Positions 16,986 through 25,888 of a DNA stretch of 64,000 nucleotides are shown piece by piece. The notes beneath the pieces were generated by a model. The model was not told where the DNA came from, ran no database searches, and worked only from the letters and a program-made list of their open reading frames with translations. The translations under genes were made by a program, and so were the position numbers. How positions within the stretch are numbered: position 1 is the stretch's first letter; each line of letters begins with the position of its first letter. The stretch is from an uncultured Dehalococcoidia bacterium (lineage in GTDB: Bacteria > Chloroflexota > Dehalococcoidia > Lucifugimonadales > UBA1123): the NCBI GenBank assembly GCA_958296105.1, contig OY282441.1, forward strand, positions 954,378 to 1,018,377, given 5' to 3'.

Positions 16986-19352
16986 ATGAGGAAGTCTAAG
17001 CCCGCCATGCCCGCGCCACCAGAACATAAGTGGGGAGGGGTAACTCCTTCCTCACGGCTGCGCGGCGCGCTGTTCGCTCTGTTCCTCGTCGGCATACTGG
17101 CATACGGCGCAGGGTTCGCTTGGTACATGCTCGCCCGCTTCGACCTCGTCAACCTGATCCGAGACGTAAACGAAGACGACGCCTTCTACTACCTCCAGAT
17201 AGCATATAACCTCGCCTCTGGGAAGTTCTCCACCTTCGACGGCGGCATCACGCAGACCAATGGCTATCATCCCCTCTGGCTATTTCTGATCACGCCCTTC
17301 TACTGGGTATTCGACAAGGAAGCGGCGCTGTTCGGAATCAAGGCGTTCGAGATCATGCTCATCGCCGGCGGGGTGGCTCTGGTCGTCGTGGCAGCGTGGC
17401 TGGCGCGTCTTCCCTGGATTCTGCTGTTCGCCACGCTGCCGCTGCTCTACCAGCAGCGCGCTCTGTTCTTGGGGCTGGAAGCGGCAGCCGCGCTGTTCAT
17501 GCTGGGGCTGTTCTTCTTTGCCGCGATGCTCTACGCGCGCAACCCGGGGCGCTGTAAGTGGCCGCTTGCCGCCGCTGCCTTCAGCCTGCCCTGGGTACGG
17601 CTGGAGTACGTGGCGATATCGCTGGCGGCAACGGCGGCGCTCGGTCTCATCGAGTGGTCGAGGCGGGGTGAGGGTGATTCCCGCGCCCTATCTGCGCTGA
17701 ACGCTGTGGTTCCGATGCTGGGCGCGGTGGGCGGCATTCTGGCGTACTTCGCATACAACGGCATCGTCTTCGGGGGCGTGACGCCGGTGAGTGGCGCGAT
17801 CAAGCGGATGTGGTCGCAGGCTCGGTGGGAGTGGGAAGGCGGCGTTCAGAACTTCCGCGACGTCTTGCAGATTCCAGTCTTCGACTACGAGCTGCTGGTC
17901 GCGCTGGAGGTCTGCGCCTACGTCGTTCTGATCTGGTGGCTCGCGCGCCGCTCTCGGAGACGAGACGACTGGCTGATGCTTGCCTTCTTCGTGTGCGTGT
18001 TCGGCTTGGCGGCTGGCCACCTCGCCAAGTTCGCGCAGACTGTCCTCACCGTGCATCCTTACTATGGGAGCGATAGCTGGTACTTCGTCCCGGCGTACCT
18101 GATGATGGCGCTCGTCATTCCCGCAAGGTGCTATATCGCAATCCACTTCACCCGCCGTTTCATCGGGTCGAGGTGGCCCTGGGCAGCCAACGTTCTGATC
18201 GTGGGCATAGTGGTTGTCGGAGCGGCATTCCTGCTTGCGAATGCGGACTTCACGGGGCCATTCCGGTATGCTGACCGGGAAAGCGAGTCAACCAGCCGCG
18301 AATGGGAGGTTACTTCTCATATGGGTGTGCAGGTTATGGACCATGCGCTGCCCGATGGCAGCGTGGTCGGGTCGTGGGACGCCGGCGTCATCGGGTACTT
18401 CTCGCGCTTTCCGGTGGTGAACCTAGATGGGCTGGTCAACTCCTACGACTACCAGCGCGCCCAAGAGGAAGGAAGCGATGCCGCGTTCCACCAGCGTTAC
18501 GGGATTACCCACTTCGCCAACGTCTGGCGCATCCAAACCGATGCCAGATCCTACTATCGTTACGGAATTACTCAGCGCGCCAACGTCTGGCGCGTCGTTC
18601 GGGGCGTGGACGCGATGCTGTTCGAAGGCTCGCCATATCTCCATTACGATAAAGACCGAGCGCACAAACGCCAATTCAAGCTCTGGCTCGCCGAGCCGTC
18701 GGAGACGTCATCCGGCGGGATTGGTCGTTCCGACTGGTTCTGGCGGCGGATGGAGGCGCACTTCAACAGTCGGTCGGACGGCATAGGGCTGATAGTGGAC
18801 GGACGGATGGCGCAGGCATTCGCCAAAGACTGCGCGCCGGACGAGCTGGCAGTGTGGTCATGGACTGGCGCAGCGGATGAACCGGTCGCCAATCTCTGGA
18901 CGCAAACGCAAACGGGGCTGTGCGTGGCCGCGCTCGTACTGCCACACGACGCGCTCCCTCCGGTGCGGGTGGAGACGACGGCGGCCGACGATTACTTGGC
19001 AAGACTGATCAAAGACAGCCAGCAGGCAATCCGCTCAGACTTCGACGTGTATCTGATCGGAAACCGTCTCGTCTACGTGAAGGAGGCGTGCGCCCGCGCC
19101 GACACGGAGGCGATGTTCTTTCTGCACCTGCACCCGGTCGACGTGAACGACCTCTCCGACCATCGCAAGCGGCTCGGCTTCGACAATCTGGACTTCAGAT
19201 TCGACTGGCATGGCGTGAGGGTCGGCGAGATATGTCTGGTGGAGGTCGATCTCCCAGAGTACGGCGTCGCCGAAATCAGCACCGGCCAGTTCGTGCCAGT
19301 GGACGGCGGTTACGATCACCCTTGGGAGGGGGAGATTCGGCTCGAGCGGTAG
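16986..19352 (+). CDS. GT-C fold membrane glycosyltransferase-like protein with one C-terminal ~110-aa domain
   Basis: EDDAFYYLQIAYNL..STFDGG..TNGYHPLW, GSWDAGVIGYFS and NLDGLVNS; many TM helices. Confidence 0.8.
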   Translation: MRKSKPAMPAPPEHKWGGVTPSSRLRGALFALFLVGILAYGAGFAWYMLARFDLVNLIRDVNEDDAFYYLQIAYNLASGKFSTFDGGITQTNGYHPLWLFLITPFYWVFDKEAALFGIKAFEIMLIAGGVALVVVAAWLARLPWILLFATLPLLYQQRALFLGLEAAAALFMLGLFFFAAMLYARNPGRCKWPLAAAAFSLPWVRLEYVAISLAATAALGLIEWSRRGEGDSRALSALNAVVPMLGAVGGILAYFAYNGIVFGGVTPVSGAIKRMWSQARWEWEGGVQNFRDVLQIPVFDYELLVALEVCAYVVLIWWLARRSRRRDDWLMLAFFVCVFGLAAGHLAKFAQTVLTVHPYYGSDSWYFVPAYLMMALVIPARCYIAIHFTRRFIGSRWPWAANVLIVGIVVVGAAFLLANADFTGPFRYADRESESTSREWEVTSHMGVQVMDHALPDGSVVGSWDAGVIGYFSRFPVVNLDGLVNSYDYQRAQEEGSDAAFHQRYGITHFANVWRIQTDARSYYRYGITQRANVWRVVRGVDAMLFEGSPYLHYDKDRAHKRQFKLWLAEPSETSSGGIGRSDWFWRRMEAHFNSRSDGIGLIVDGRMAQAFAKDCAPDELAVWSWTGAADEPVANLWTQTQTGLCVAALVLPHDALPPVRVETTAADDYLARLIKDSQQAIRSDFDVYLIGNRLVYVKEACARADTEAMFFLHLHPVDVNDLSDHRKRLGFDNLDFRFDWHGVRVGEICLVEVDLPEYGVAEISTGQFVPVDGGYDHPWEGEIRLER

Positions 19353-19399
19353 ATGGAACGCCCCCTCCCTAACCCTCCCCCGGAGGGGGAGGGAATGGT

Positions 19400-21535
19400 T
19401 TGGAGATTGGCGAATTGTCATATTCAAAGGCATCTCTCGGTATCATCCTGGTCTGCCTGCCCTGGCTGGCTCTGCTGGGATGGATGGCCTCGGTGTCGTG
19501 GTTCCTGACGGATGACGCCTTCATCAGCTTTCGCTACGCGCGCAACCTGCTGGAAGGTCACGGCTTGGTCTTCAACCCCGGCGAACGTGTGGAAGGTTAC
19601 TCCAACTTCCTGTGGGTGCTGGAGCTTGCAGCCGTCTGGCGGGCGCTGGGCGTGCCTCCGGAGGACGCGGCGCCGTGGCTGTCGGTGGCGTTCACCGCCG
19701 GAACGGTCGGCGCGCTGGCATGGTGGATATATCGCCTGCCCTCGCTGCGAAACCGGGGACTGGTCGGCTGGATGGCGCTGGGGCTGGTGTGCAGCAGCGC
19801 GACCTTCGCGGTGTGGACATCGGGCGGCGGGCTGGAAACGCGGCAGCTCACGTTCTTCATCGTGCTGGCAGTCGTCTGCCTGAGCCTATACCGAGACGGG
19901 CGAGCGGGCCTGCTGGCGGCGTCAGCGAGCCTGATCGGAGCCGCCCTGACTCGACCGGAAGGGCCGCTGATTGCGCTGTGCTGCTTCGGCTGGCTCGCCG
20001 TCCAGCGGATGGCAGACGCCAAGCGGCTGACGGTGAGCTGGCGCGAGCTGACGTATCTGGCGGCGCCCTTCGTCATCGTGGTGACTGCCCACTTCCTGTT
20101 TCGCTACGCCTACTATGGCGAGTGGCTGCCCAACACCTACTACGCCAAGCACGTCCGCCCGTGGTACGAGTCGGGCTTCCGCTACCTGTGGACGGCGGCG
20201 CTGGAGACGGGGCTGTACCTGCTGATTCCACTGGCCTGGGCCGCTCTGCGGCATCGGTGGCGGGAGACCCGCGACGGGATCTATGCTCTGGTCCTGCTGC
20301 TGATCGCTGTCCACATGGCATACGTGATGCGGATTGGCGGCGACCACTTCGAGTATCGCCCGCTGGATTTCTACTGGCCGCTGCTGGCGCTGCCGGCAGC
20401 CGAAGGGATCGTGTGCATCGGCTCGCGGATCGCCGCCTTCGACTGGCGGCGCATACCCCACTCCCACCGGCTCCGGCTGCCGGGAGCGAGGGCTTGCGCG
20501 CTCATCCTGTTCATCCCCGTCATCTTCTACTGCGGCGCGATACAGGCAGCGCTATTCTTCGAGGGCGCCAAGGTCGACAAGCGCATCCTGAGACTTCACA
20601 TAGAACTCGACGAGGGCAATGCAGGCTGGCTGCTGGCAGCGCCGGGGATGCCTGTGTTGGCCGCCATCTCCAACGACCTGCGCCGTCAGTCTATTGTCCA
20701 GTTGGTCGCTGCACCATTCGCGGAACACCGCGAGTTCGCCAACGTGCGGCTGCGCGGGTGGCAGCCCTACGAGGATATGGAGCGGGGAGTGATTCCCGAT
20801 GACGCGCTGATGTCAGGCGGAAGTATCGGCATACGGTTCTATTACCTTCCTGACCTGAAAATCATCGACAGCCACGGCTTGACCGATGCGACGGTGGCGC
20901 GCAATCCTGTCACAACACCCAACCACCAGCGCGTAATCGCCCATGATCGCCAGCCGCCGCCCGGATACCTGATGGAGCGCGGCGTCAACTTTAGAGCGCA
21001 CCATGCGGCCTTCAGCGAAGCTGAAGCCCTCGTCCGAGGGCAGTACGCCGTGAAGGTCGGACCCGGCCTGTGGATGCCCTTCGACTCCGACGACCATGAC
21101 TGGGTCGTGGCGAGCTTCGCCGGACACGACTTGCGGATGGTCGGTGAAACGGAGCCGGTGGGCGATTATATGGCAAGACTGGCAAGACTGATCAGAGACA
21201 GCAAGCCGGCGATCCGCTCCACCTTCGACGTGTATCTCAGCGAGAACACGCTGACATACGTCAAGGAGCCGTGCGTCCGCGCCGATACGGAGGCAATGTT
21301 CTTTCTGCACGTGATTCCCACCGACGTGAACGACCTTCCCGACGGTCGCAAGCAGCACGGCTTCGACAACCTGGACTTCAGATTCGACGGGCGCGGCGTG
21401 ACATTCGACGGGAGATGTATCGTGAAAGTACCTCTTCCGGAATACGACATCGCCGAAATCAGCACCGGCCAGTACGTGCCGGTGGACGGTGGTTACGATC
21501 ATATTTGGGAGGGGGAGATTCGGCTCGAGCGGTAG
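19400..21535 (+). CDS. AftB/GT89-like GT-C membrane glycosyltransferase with one C-terminal ~110-aa domain
   Basis: TDDAFISFRYARNLLEGHGLVFNPGERVEGYSNFLW, GGGLET, LTRPEG, YYGEWLPNTYYAK, GGDHF and IDSHGLTD. Start codon uncertain. Confidence 0.8.
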   Translation: MEIGELSYSKASLGIILVCLPWLALLGWMASVSWFLTDDAFISFRYARNLLEGHGLVFNPGERVEGYSNFLWVLELAAVWRALGVPPEDAAPWLSVAFTAGTVGALAWWIYRLPSLRNRGLVGWMALGLVCSSATFAVWTSGGGLETRQLTFFIVLAVVCLSLYRDGRAGLLAASASLIGAALTRPEGPLIALCCFGWLAVQRMADAKRLTVSWRELTYLAAPFVIVVTAHFLFRYAYYGEWLPNTYYAKHVRPWYESGFRYLWTAALETGLYLLIPLAWAALRHRWRETRDGIYALVLLLIAVHMAYVMRIGGDHFEYRPLDFYWPLLALPAAEGIVCIGSRIAAFDWRRIPHSHRLRLPGARACALILFIPVIFYCGAIQAALFFEGAKVDKRILRLHIELDEGNAGWLLAAPGMPVLAAISNDLRRQSIVQLVAAPFAEHREFANVRLRGWQPYEDMERGVIPDDALMSGGSIGIRFYYLPDLKIIDSHGLTDATVARNPVTTPNHQRVIAHDRQPPPGYLMERGVNFRAHHAAFSEAEALVRGQYAVKVGPGLWMPFDSDDHDWVVASFAGHDLRMVGETEPVGDYMARLARLIRDSKPAIRSTFDVYLSENTLTYVKEPCVRADTEAMFFLHVIPTDVNDLPDGRKQHGFDNLDFRFDGRGVTFDGRCIVKVPLPEYDIAEISTGQYVPVDGGYDHIWEGEIRLER

Positions 21536-21645
21536 ATGGAACGCCCCCTCCCTGACCCTCCCCCTCCCCCAGAGGGGGAGGGGATTTCATCGGTAAGGCG
21601 TTACCCTCTCCCTTCGAGGTAGGGGGACTTATGCACACTCGACCT

Positions 21646-21764
21646 ATATGGGCAGCCTCCACAACCGCGTGAGGAAAGGGGATGACTCGGAACCTGTTGA
21701 TCCGCATATGGGCAGCCTCCACAACCGCGCGAGGGATGGGATGAATCGGAACCTGTCGATCCGC
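21646..21764. repeat. Two tandem 60-bp direct repeats upstream of sco
   Basis: ATATGGGCAGCCTCCACAACCGCG...CGGAACCTGTyGATCCGC at 21646 and 21706. Confidence 0.85.
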
Positions 21765-21797
21765 CATATTCAAGTGGGCGCTGTACTAGGGCTTGTC

Positions 21798-22535
21798 ATG
21801 GACGCGGCAATGGCGCGTTTTCGAGTGGTCTTGGCAAGCCGCTGGATGTCGTCGAGTAGCTTGGGGTTGGTGAGGGTGGCGGCAGTCGCTGCTGCGCTGC
21901 TCCTGTCGTCAGGGGGGTGCGGGGCGGATGAGCAGGAAGTCGAGCTCAACGGGACGGTTCTGAAAGATGCAGAATCCGCTCCCAATTTCAGCCTCTCCAA
22001 CCAGCTCGGTCAAACTGTGACCCTCGACAGCCTCGGCGGGCGCGTGGTGGCGCTGACCTTTCTCTATACCAACTGCCCCAGTGTATGCCCGATCGTGACG
22101 TCCCAACTGCGAGAGGTGTACGAAGGGCTTGGAACGGATGCGGAATTGGTGGAGTTCGTAGTCATCAGCGTCGATCCGGAGCGAGACACGGCAGAGGCGG
22201 CGCGCGCATATCTGGATCGGTGGAAGCTGTCAGACGGCTGGGGGTTCTTGGTCGGAAACAGGGCGGATCTGGAGCCGGTCTGGAAGAGCTACTACATAGA
22301 CCCGGCAATCGACGATCCCGATACCGCCGCCCTAGTCTCCCGCGCCCCGGCGTCCGCCGCTCCATCCGGCGCGATCGACGCCCTCAGATCAGAGATAGCG
22401 CAGCGCTTCGACGTAATTCACTCCGCGCCCGTCTATCTGATAGACCCGGACGGCAGGCGGCGCGTGGTATTCACGCCGCCGCTGGATGCGCCGGAGATCG
22501 TAGAGGACATCAGGGCGCTGCTGGGGGGTGGGTAG
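21798..22535 (+). CDS. sco: SCO1/SenC copper chaperone (lipoprotein)
   Basis: FLYTNCPSVCP (CxxxC), ISVDPERDT and IHSAPVYLID; lipobox-like SGGC. Start approximate. Confidence 0.92.
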   Translation: MDAAMARFRVVLASRWMSSSSLGLVRVAAVAAALLLSSGGCGADEQEVELNGTVLKDAESAPNFSLSNQLGQTVTLDSLGGRVVALTFLYTNCPSVCPIVTSQLREVYEGLGTDAELVEFVVISVDPERDTAEAARAYLDRWKLSDGWGFLVGNRADLEPVWKSYYIDPAIDDPDTAALVSRAPASAAPSGAIDALRSEIAQRFDVIHSAPVYLIDPDGRRRVVFTPPLDAPEIVEDIRALLGGG

Positions 22536-22570
22536 TGGCAACGGTCGGTCGGTTTTGTGGGCGAGAGGTC

Positions 22571-23120
22571 ACCCTCACCCTAACCCTCTCCCTCGAAGGG
22601 AGAGGGGATTTGGTATTCTCGACTCGCGCTGGCATTACTATTACACACACGAGTCGAGAATACCGGGGATTTTCGTACCGCCGAACAGTCGTGGGGCTTC
22701 ACCCTTAAACCCACAGGAAATTGGAGCAACCGTTCGCCGGGGTTGAACACGAAGCCGTGACTTTACCCTTAGCCCTCTCCCTCGAAGGGAGAGGGGATTT
22801 GGTATTCTCGACTCGCGCTGGCATTACTATTTACACACACGAGTCGAGAATACCGGGGATTTTCGTACCGCCGAACAGTCGTGGGGCTTCACCCTTAAAC
22901 CCACAGGAAATTGGAGCAACCGTTCGCCGGGGTTGAACACGAAGCCGTGACTTTACCCTTAACCCTCTCCCTCGAAGGGAGAGGGGATTTGGTATTCTCG
23001 TCTCGCGCTGGCATTACTATTACACACACGAGTTGAGAATACCGGGGATTTTCGTACCGCCGAACAGTCGTGGGGCTTCACCCTCAACCCACAGGAAAGT
23101 CGAACACGAAGCCGTGACCT
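22571..23120. repeat. Three tandem ~190-bp structured repeats (third partly deleted)
   Basis: CCCTCTCCCTCGAAGGGAGAGGGG at 22584, 22773 and 22963; each unit also has a GGTATTCTCGACTCG...CGAGTCGAGAATACC stem. Confidence 0.92.
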
Positions 23121-23318
23121 TCAAGCAGGCTGTGGACGCAACGGAAGATGATGAAGGCGGCGGTCGGGAAGCAGGGTACGGGGATGCCAGCCAGCAGCGC
23201 CATACATGCTAAAAGCCGTGACCTTCAGGCTGTGGACGCAACGGAAGATGATCGAAGGCGGCGGCGGTCGGGAAGCAGGGTACGGATGTCTGCCAGCCAG
23301 CAACGCGACACATGCCAA
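23109..23318. repeat. Two tandem ~104-bp imperfect repeats
   Basis: AAGCCGTGACCTTCA..GGCTGTGGACGCAACGGAAGATGAT..GGTCGGGAAGCAGGGTACGG at 23109 and 23213. Confidence 0.85.
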
Positions 23319-23402
23319 GACGAGGAAAGCCGCTCAAAAGCGGTATTGGAGTATTTCTAAAGTCGCTCGACTATTCAGCATGACTAACGAAACGGAATGA
23401 CG

Positions 23403-23768
23403 TCAGCCAGCCGGCTCCAGCTGTCGCTTGGCGGCGGCGGCTATCTGCGCGAAGGCGTCGGGGTCTCGCATTGCGATGTCTGCCAGCATCTTTCGGTTTA
23501 TCTCGATGCCGGCGAGTCTCAGCCCGTTGATCAGCCTGCTGTACGTGATCCCGTTGGCGCGCGCGGCGGCGTTGATCTTGATGTTCCAGAGCCTCCGCAT
23601 GTCGCCCTTGCGCTCGCGCCTGTGCGCGAAGGCGTAAGAGTAGGCGTGGAGCATCGACTCGTTCGCCTGCCTGAACAGCCGATGACGCCCTCCCTGATGC
23701 CCCTTGGTCATCTTCAGGAGTTTCTTATGGCGTTTTCGCTTGGTTACGCCTCGCTTGATCCGCGTCAA
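23403..23768 (-). CDS. rplT: 50S ribosomal protein L20
   Basis: TRIKRGVTKRKRHKKLLK and RKGDMRRLWNIKINAAAR. Confidence 0.98.
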   Translation of the reverse strand: MTRIKRGVTKRKRHKKLLKMTKGHQGGRHRLFRQANESMLHAYSYAFAHRRERKGDMRRLWNIKINAAARANGITYSRLINGLRLAGIEINRKMLADIAMRDPDAFAQIAAAAKRQLEPAG

Positions 23769-23840
23769 TTCATATCCCCCATGGCTCGGACATGCAACCG
23801 CCCCTGCTCGAAGGAGGGGCGGGATGTCGAATTGTAGCAG

Positions 23841-24044
23841 TTAGTCCAAGCCGTATGGAAGCGCGCGCCTGAGCATCTTCACGTCGGACGGGCTGACTTC
23901 GATCTTCTTGGCAAACAGGCGCTTCGCCTTAGTGGACTTCTTGCGCCGCAGGTGGCTCCTGTGACCCTTCATCCGCACCAGCTTGCCTGTGCCGGTTATC
24001 CTGAAGCGGCGCTTGGCTCCCTTGTGTGTCTTGAGTTTAGGCAC
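23841..24044 (-). CDS. rpmI: 50S ribosomal protein L35
   Basis: GTG start; PKLKTHKGAKRRFRITGTGK. Confidence 0.97.
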   Translation of the reverse strand: MPKLKTHKGAKRRFRITGTGKLVRMKGHRSHLRRKKSTKAKRLFAKKIEVSPSDVKMLRRALPYGLD

Positions 24045-24615
24045 GTACTCTCTCCGGCTGTCGATCAGCGCGCTGATCTCCGGCGGCTGGGCCGCCACTG
24101 GGGGCTAGGACCATCGAGAGCATCCTTCTGCTCTCGAACCTCGGGGCGCTCTCCAATCCCGCCTCGTCGACCAAGGCTTCCGCGACCTTGCGCAGAAGCG
24201 CCATTCCGATCTCGGGATGCTCGTTCTCACGGCCTCGAAACATGACCGAGACCTTGACCTTCGACCCCTGTCCGAGCAGGCGTTTGACGAGCCGCGTCTT
24301 GGCGAGGCGGTCATGCTCGCCGATGCGCGTCTTCATCCGCACCTCGCGCAGCTCGTTCGTCGGCCGCGCTCTGCGCGCCTTGCGAGCTTCGCGCTCCTTG
24401 CGGGTCGCCTCGTACTTGAACTTCCCGAAGTCCATGAGTTTGCACACGGGCGGCCTGGCGCCGGGCGCGACCTCCACGAGATCGTATCCCCGCGAATCGG
24501 CGATGTCCAGCGCGTCTCGCGTAGGCATGACGCCTAGCTGGGTCCCCTCTTCGTCGATGACTCGGACTTGAGGAATTCGTATCTGCTCGTTGGCTCGATA
24601 GTCCCTGGGTGGTAT
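24037..24615 (-). CDS. infC: Translation initiation factor IF-3 (probable ATA start)
   Basis: NEQIRIPQVRVIDEEG, DLVEVAPGARPPVCKLMDFGKF and VMFRGRE; GAGGTG SD upstream of ATA at 24615. Confidence 0.96.
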   Translation of the reverse strand: MPPRDYRANEQIRIPQVRVIDEEGTQLGVMPTRDALDIADSRGYDLVEVAPGARPPVCKLMDFGKFKYEATRKEREARKARRARPTNELREVRMKTRIGEHDRLAKTRLVKRLLGQGSKVKVSVMFRGRENEHPEIGMALLRKVAEALVDEAGLESAPRFESRRMLSMVLAPSGGPAAGDQRADRQPERVRA

Positions 24616-25030
24616 CCTGACACCTCTTGATAATAGTATGAACAACTTGGGGATTCTCCCAAGCTGATCCGAATATAGCACAACTCGACTGTCTGGGCAA
24701 CAGTATCGCAGGTGAGAATCCGAAGGCGGGCGGAAGTTGAAGGTCACAGGCGGCGGTGGTATACTTGCAGGCGATAGTGGCTCAGACAATCAAGAGGGAA
24801 CAGCCGTTTTGCTTCAGGACTATTCGTCTGCCGGCTGCGTCTGTATCGGCCTCGCCCGCGCAAGGCGCTAGGCAGGGCGGCGGACCAGCGGACAGGCTTC
24901 GGCGGCATCCATCAGAGAATGGACGCAACGCAGGAATTGGCCTCCACCTCAGCGCCAAGCATTCGACGGGTGGAGGTTTTGCTTTGTCCGAATCCAGACG
25001 GGGCTTTTCGATACGAACCGGAGGAACATA

Positions 25031-25858
25031 ATGACGACAACGCAGGTTAGGCCGCTCACTCCGTACCAAGTGATGCGGTACAGCCGCCACATCATCATGC
25101 CGCAGGTCGGCAGCGTGGGGCAGCGCAAGCTGATAGACGCCAAGGTGCTGATAGTAGGGGCGGGAGGGCTCGGATCTCCCATAGCGATCTACCTGACGCT
25201 TGCCGGAGTAGGCACGATAGGGATAGTGGATTTCGACACGGTGGACGTGACCAACCTTCAGCGTCAGGTGCTGCACTACGACGGGGACATCGGAAAGCCG
25301 AAGGTGCAGTCTGCGGTGGAGACGCTGAACGCCTACAACCCGGAGACGGCTGTCATCACCCACGAGGCGCCGCTGACCTCCGACAACGCCATGGAGATAG
25401 TGCAAGGCTACGACATCGTGGTCAACGGAGCGGACAACTTCCCCGCGCGGTATCTGGTGAACGACGTGGCGTACCTTGCGAACAAGCCGCTGGTGGACGG
25501 CAGCATACTGCTGTTCGACGGAATGGCTACGGTGTTCATGCCGGGCGAAGGGTGCTACCGCTGTCTGTTCCCAACCCCGCCGCCTCCGGGCGAGGTGCCG
25601 AGCTGCGCCGAAGCGGGCGTGCTTGGAATGCTGCCGGGGATGGTCGGCACCATTCAGGCTACGGAGACGGTCAAGCTGGTTCTGGGAATCGGCGAGTCTC
25701 TCTCCGGCAGGCTGCTGCTGATCGACGCGCTCGACATGGACTTCAGGGCGGTCAGGCTGCGCAGGAACCCCGACTGTCCGCTGTGCGGCGACAGCCCGAC
25801 AGTGACCGAGCTTATAGACTACGTGGCGTTCTGCGGAGGCGCGCCGCTGACAGGCTGA
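25031..25858 (+). CDS. moeB: MoeB/ThiF-family adenylyltransferase
   Basis: RYSRHII, GAGGLGSP, NLQRQ, CYRC, SCAEAGVLG and CPLC. Confidence 0.93.
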   Translation: MTTTQVRPLTPYQVMRYSRHIIMPQVGSVGQRKLIDAKVLIVGAGGLGSPIAIYLTLAGVGTIGIVDFDTVDVTNLQRQVLHYDGDIGKPKVQSAVETLNAYNPETAVITHEAPLTSDNAMEIVQGYDIVVNGADNFPARYLVNDVAYLANKPLVDGSILLFDGMATVFMPGEGCYRCLFPTPPPPGEVPSCAEAGVLGMLPGMVGTIQATETVKLVLGIGESLSGRLLLIDALDMDFRAVRLRRNPDCPLCGDSPTVTELIDYVAFCGGAPLTG

Positions 25859-25888
25859 ATCAGGATAGCAGAACAGGAGAATGGAAAT

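Noticed and set aside
13350-21535. Diversity-generating retroelement (TR/VR) among the repeated C-terminal domains
   Set aside because: All copies are in-frame coding, differences are not adenine-specific and include indels, and there is no reverse transcriptase in the window.
22571-23318. CRISPR array
   Set aside because: Units are about 190 and 104 bp and nearly identical throughout, with no unique spacers and no cas genes in the window.
24860-25000. SAM or Moco riboswitch upstream of moeB
   Set aside because: Only a partial ATCAGAG resemblance; the conserved aptamer core could not be identified.
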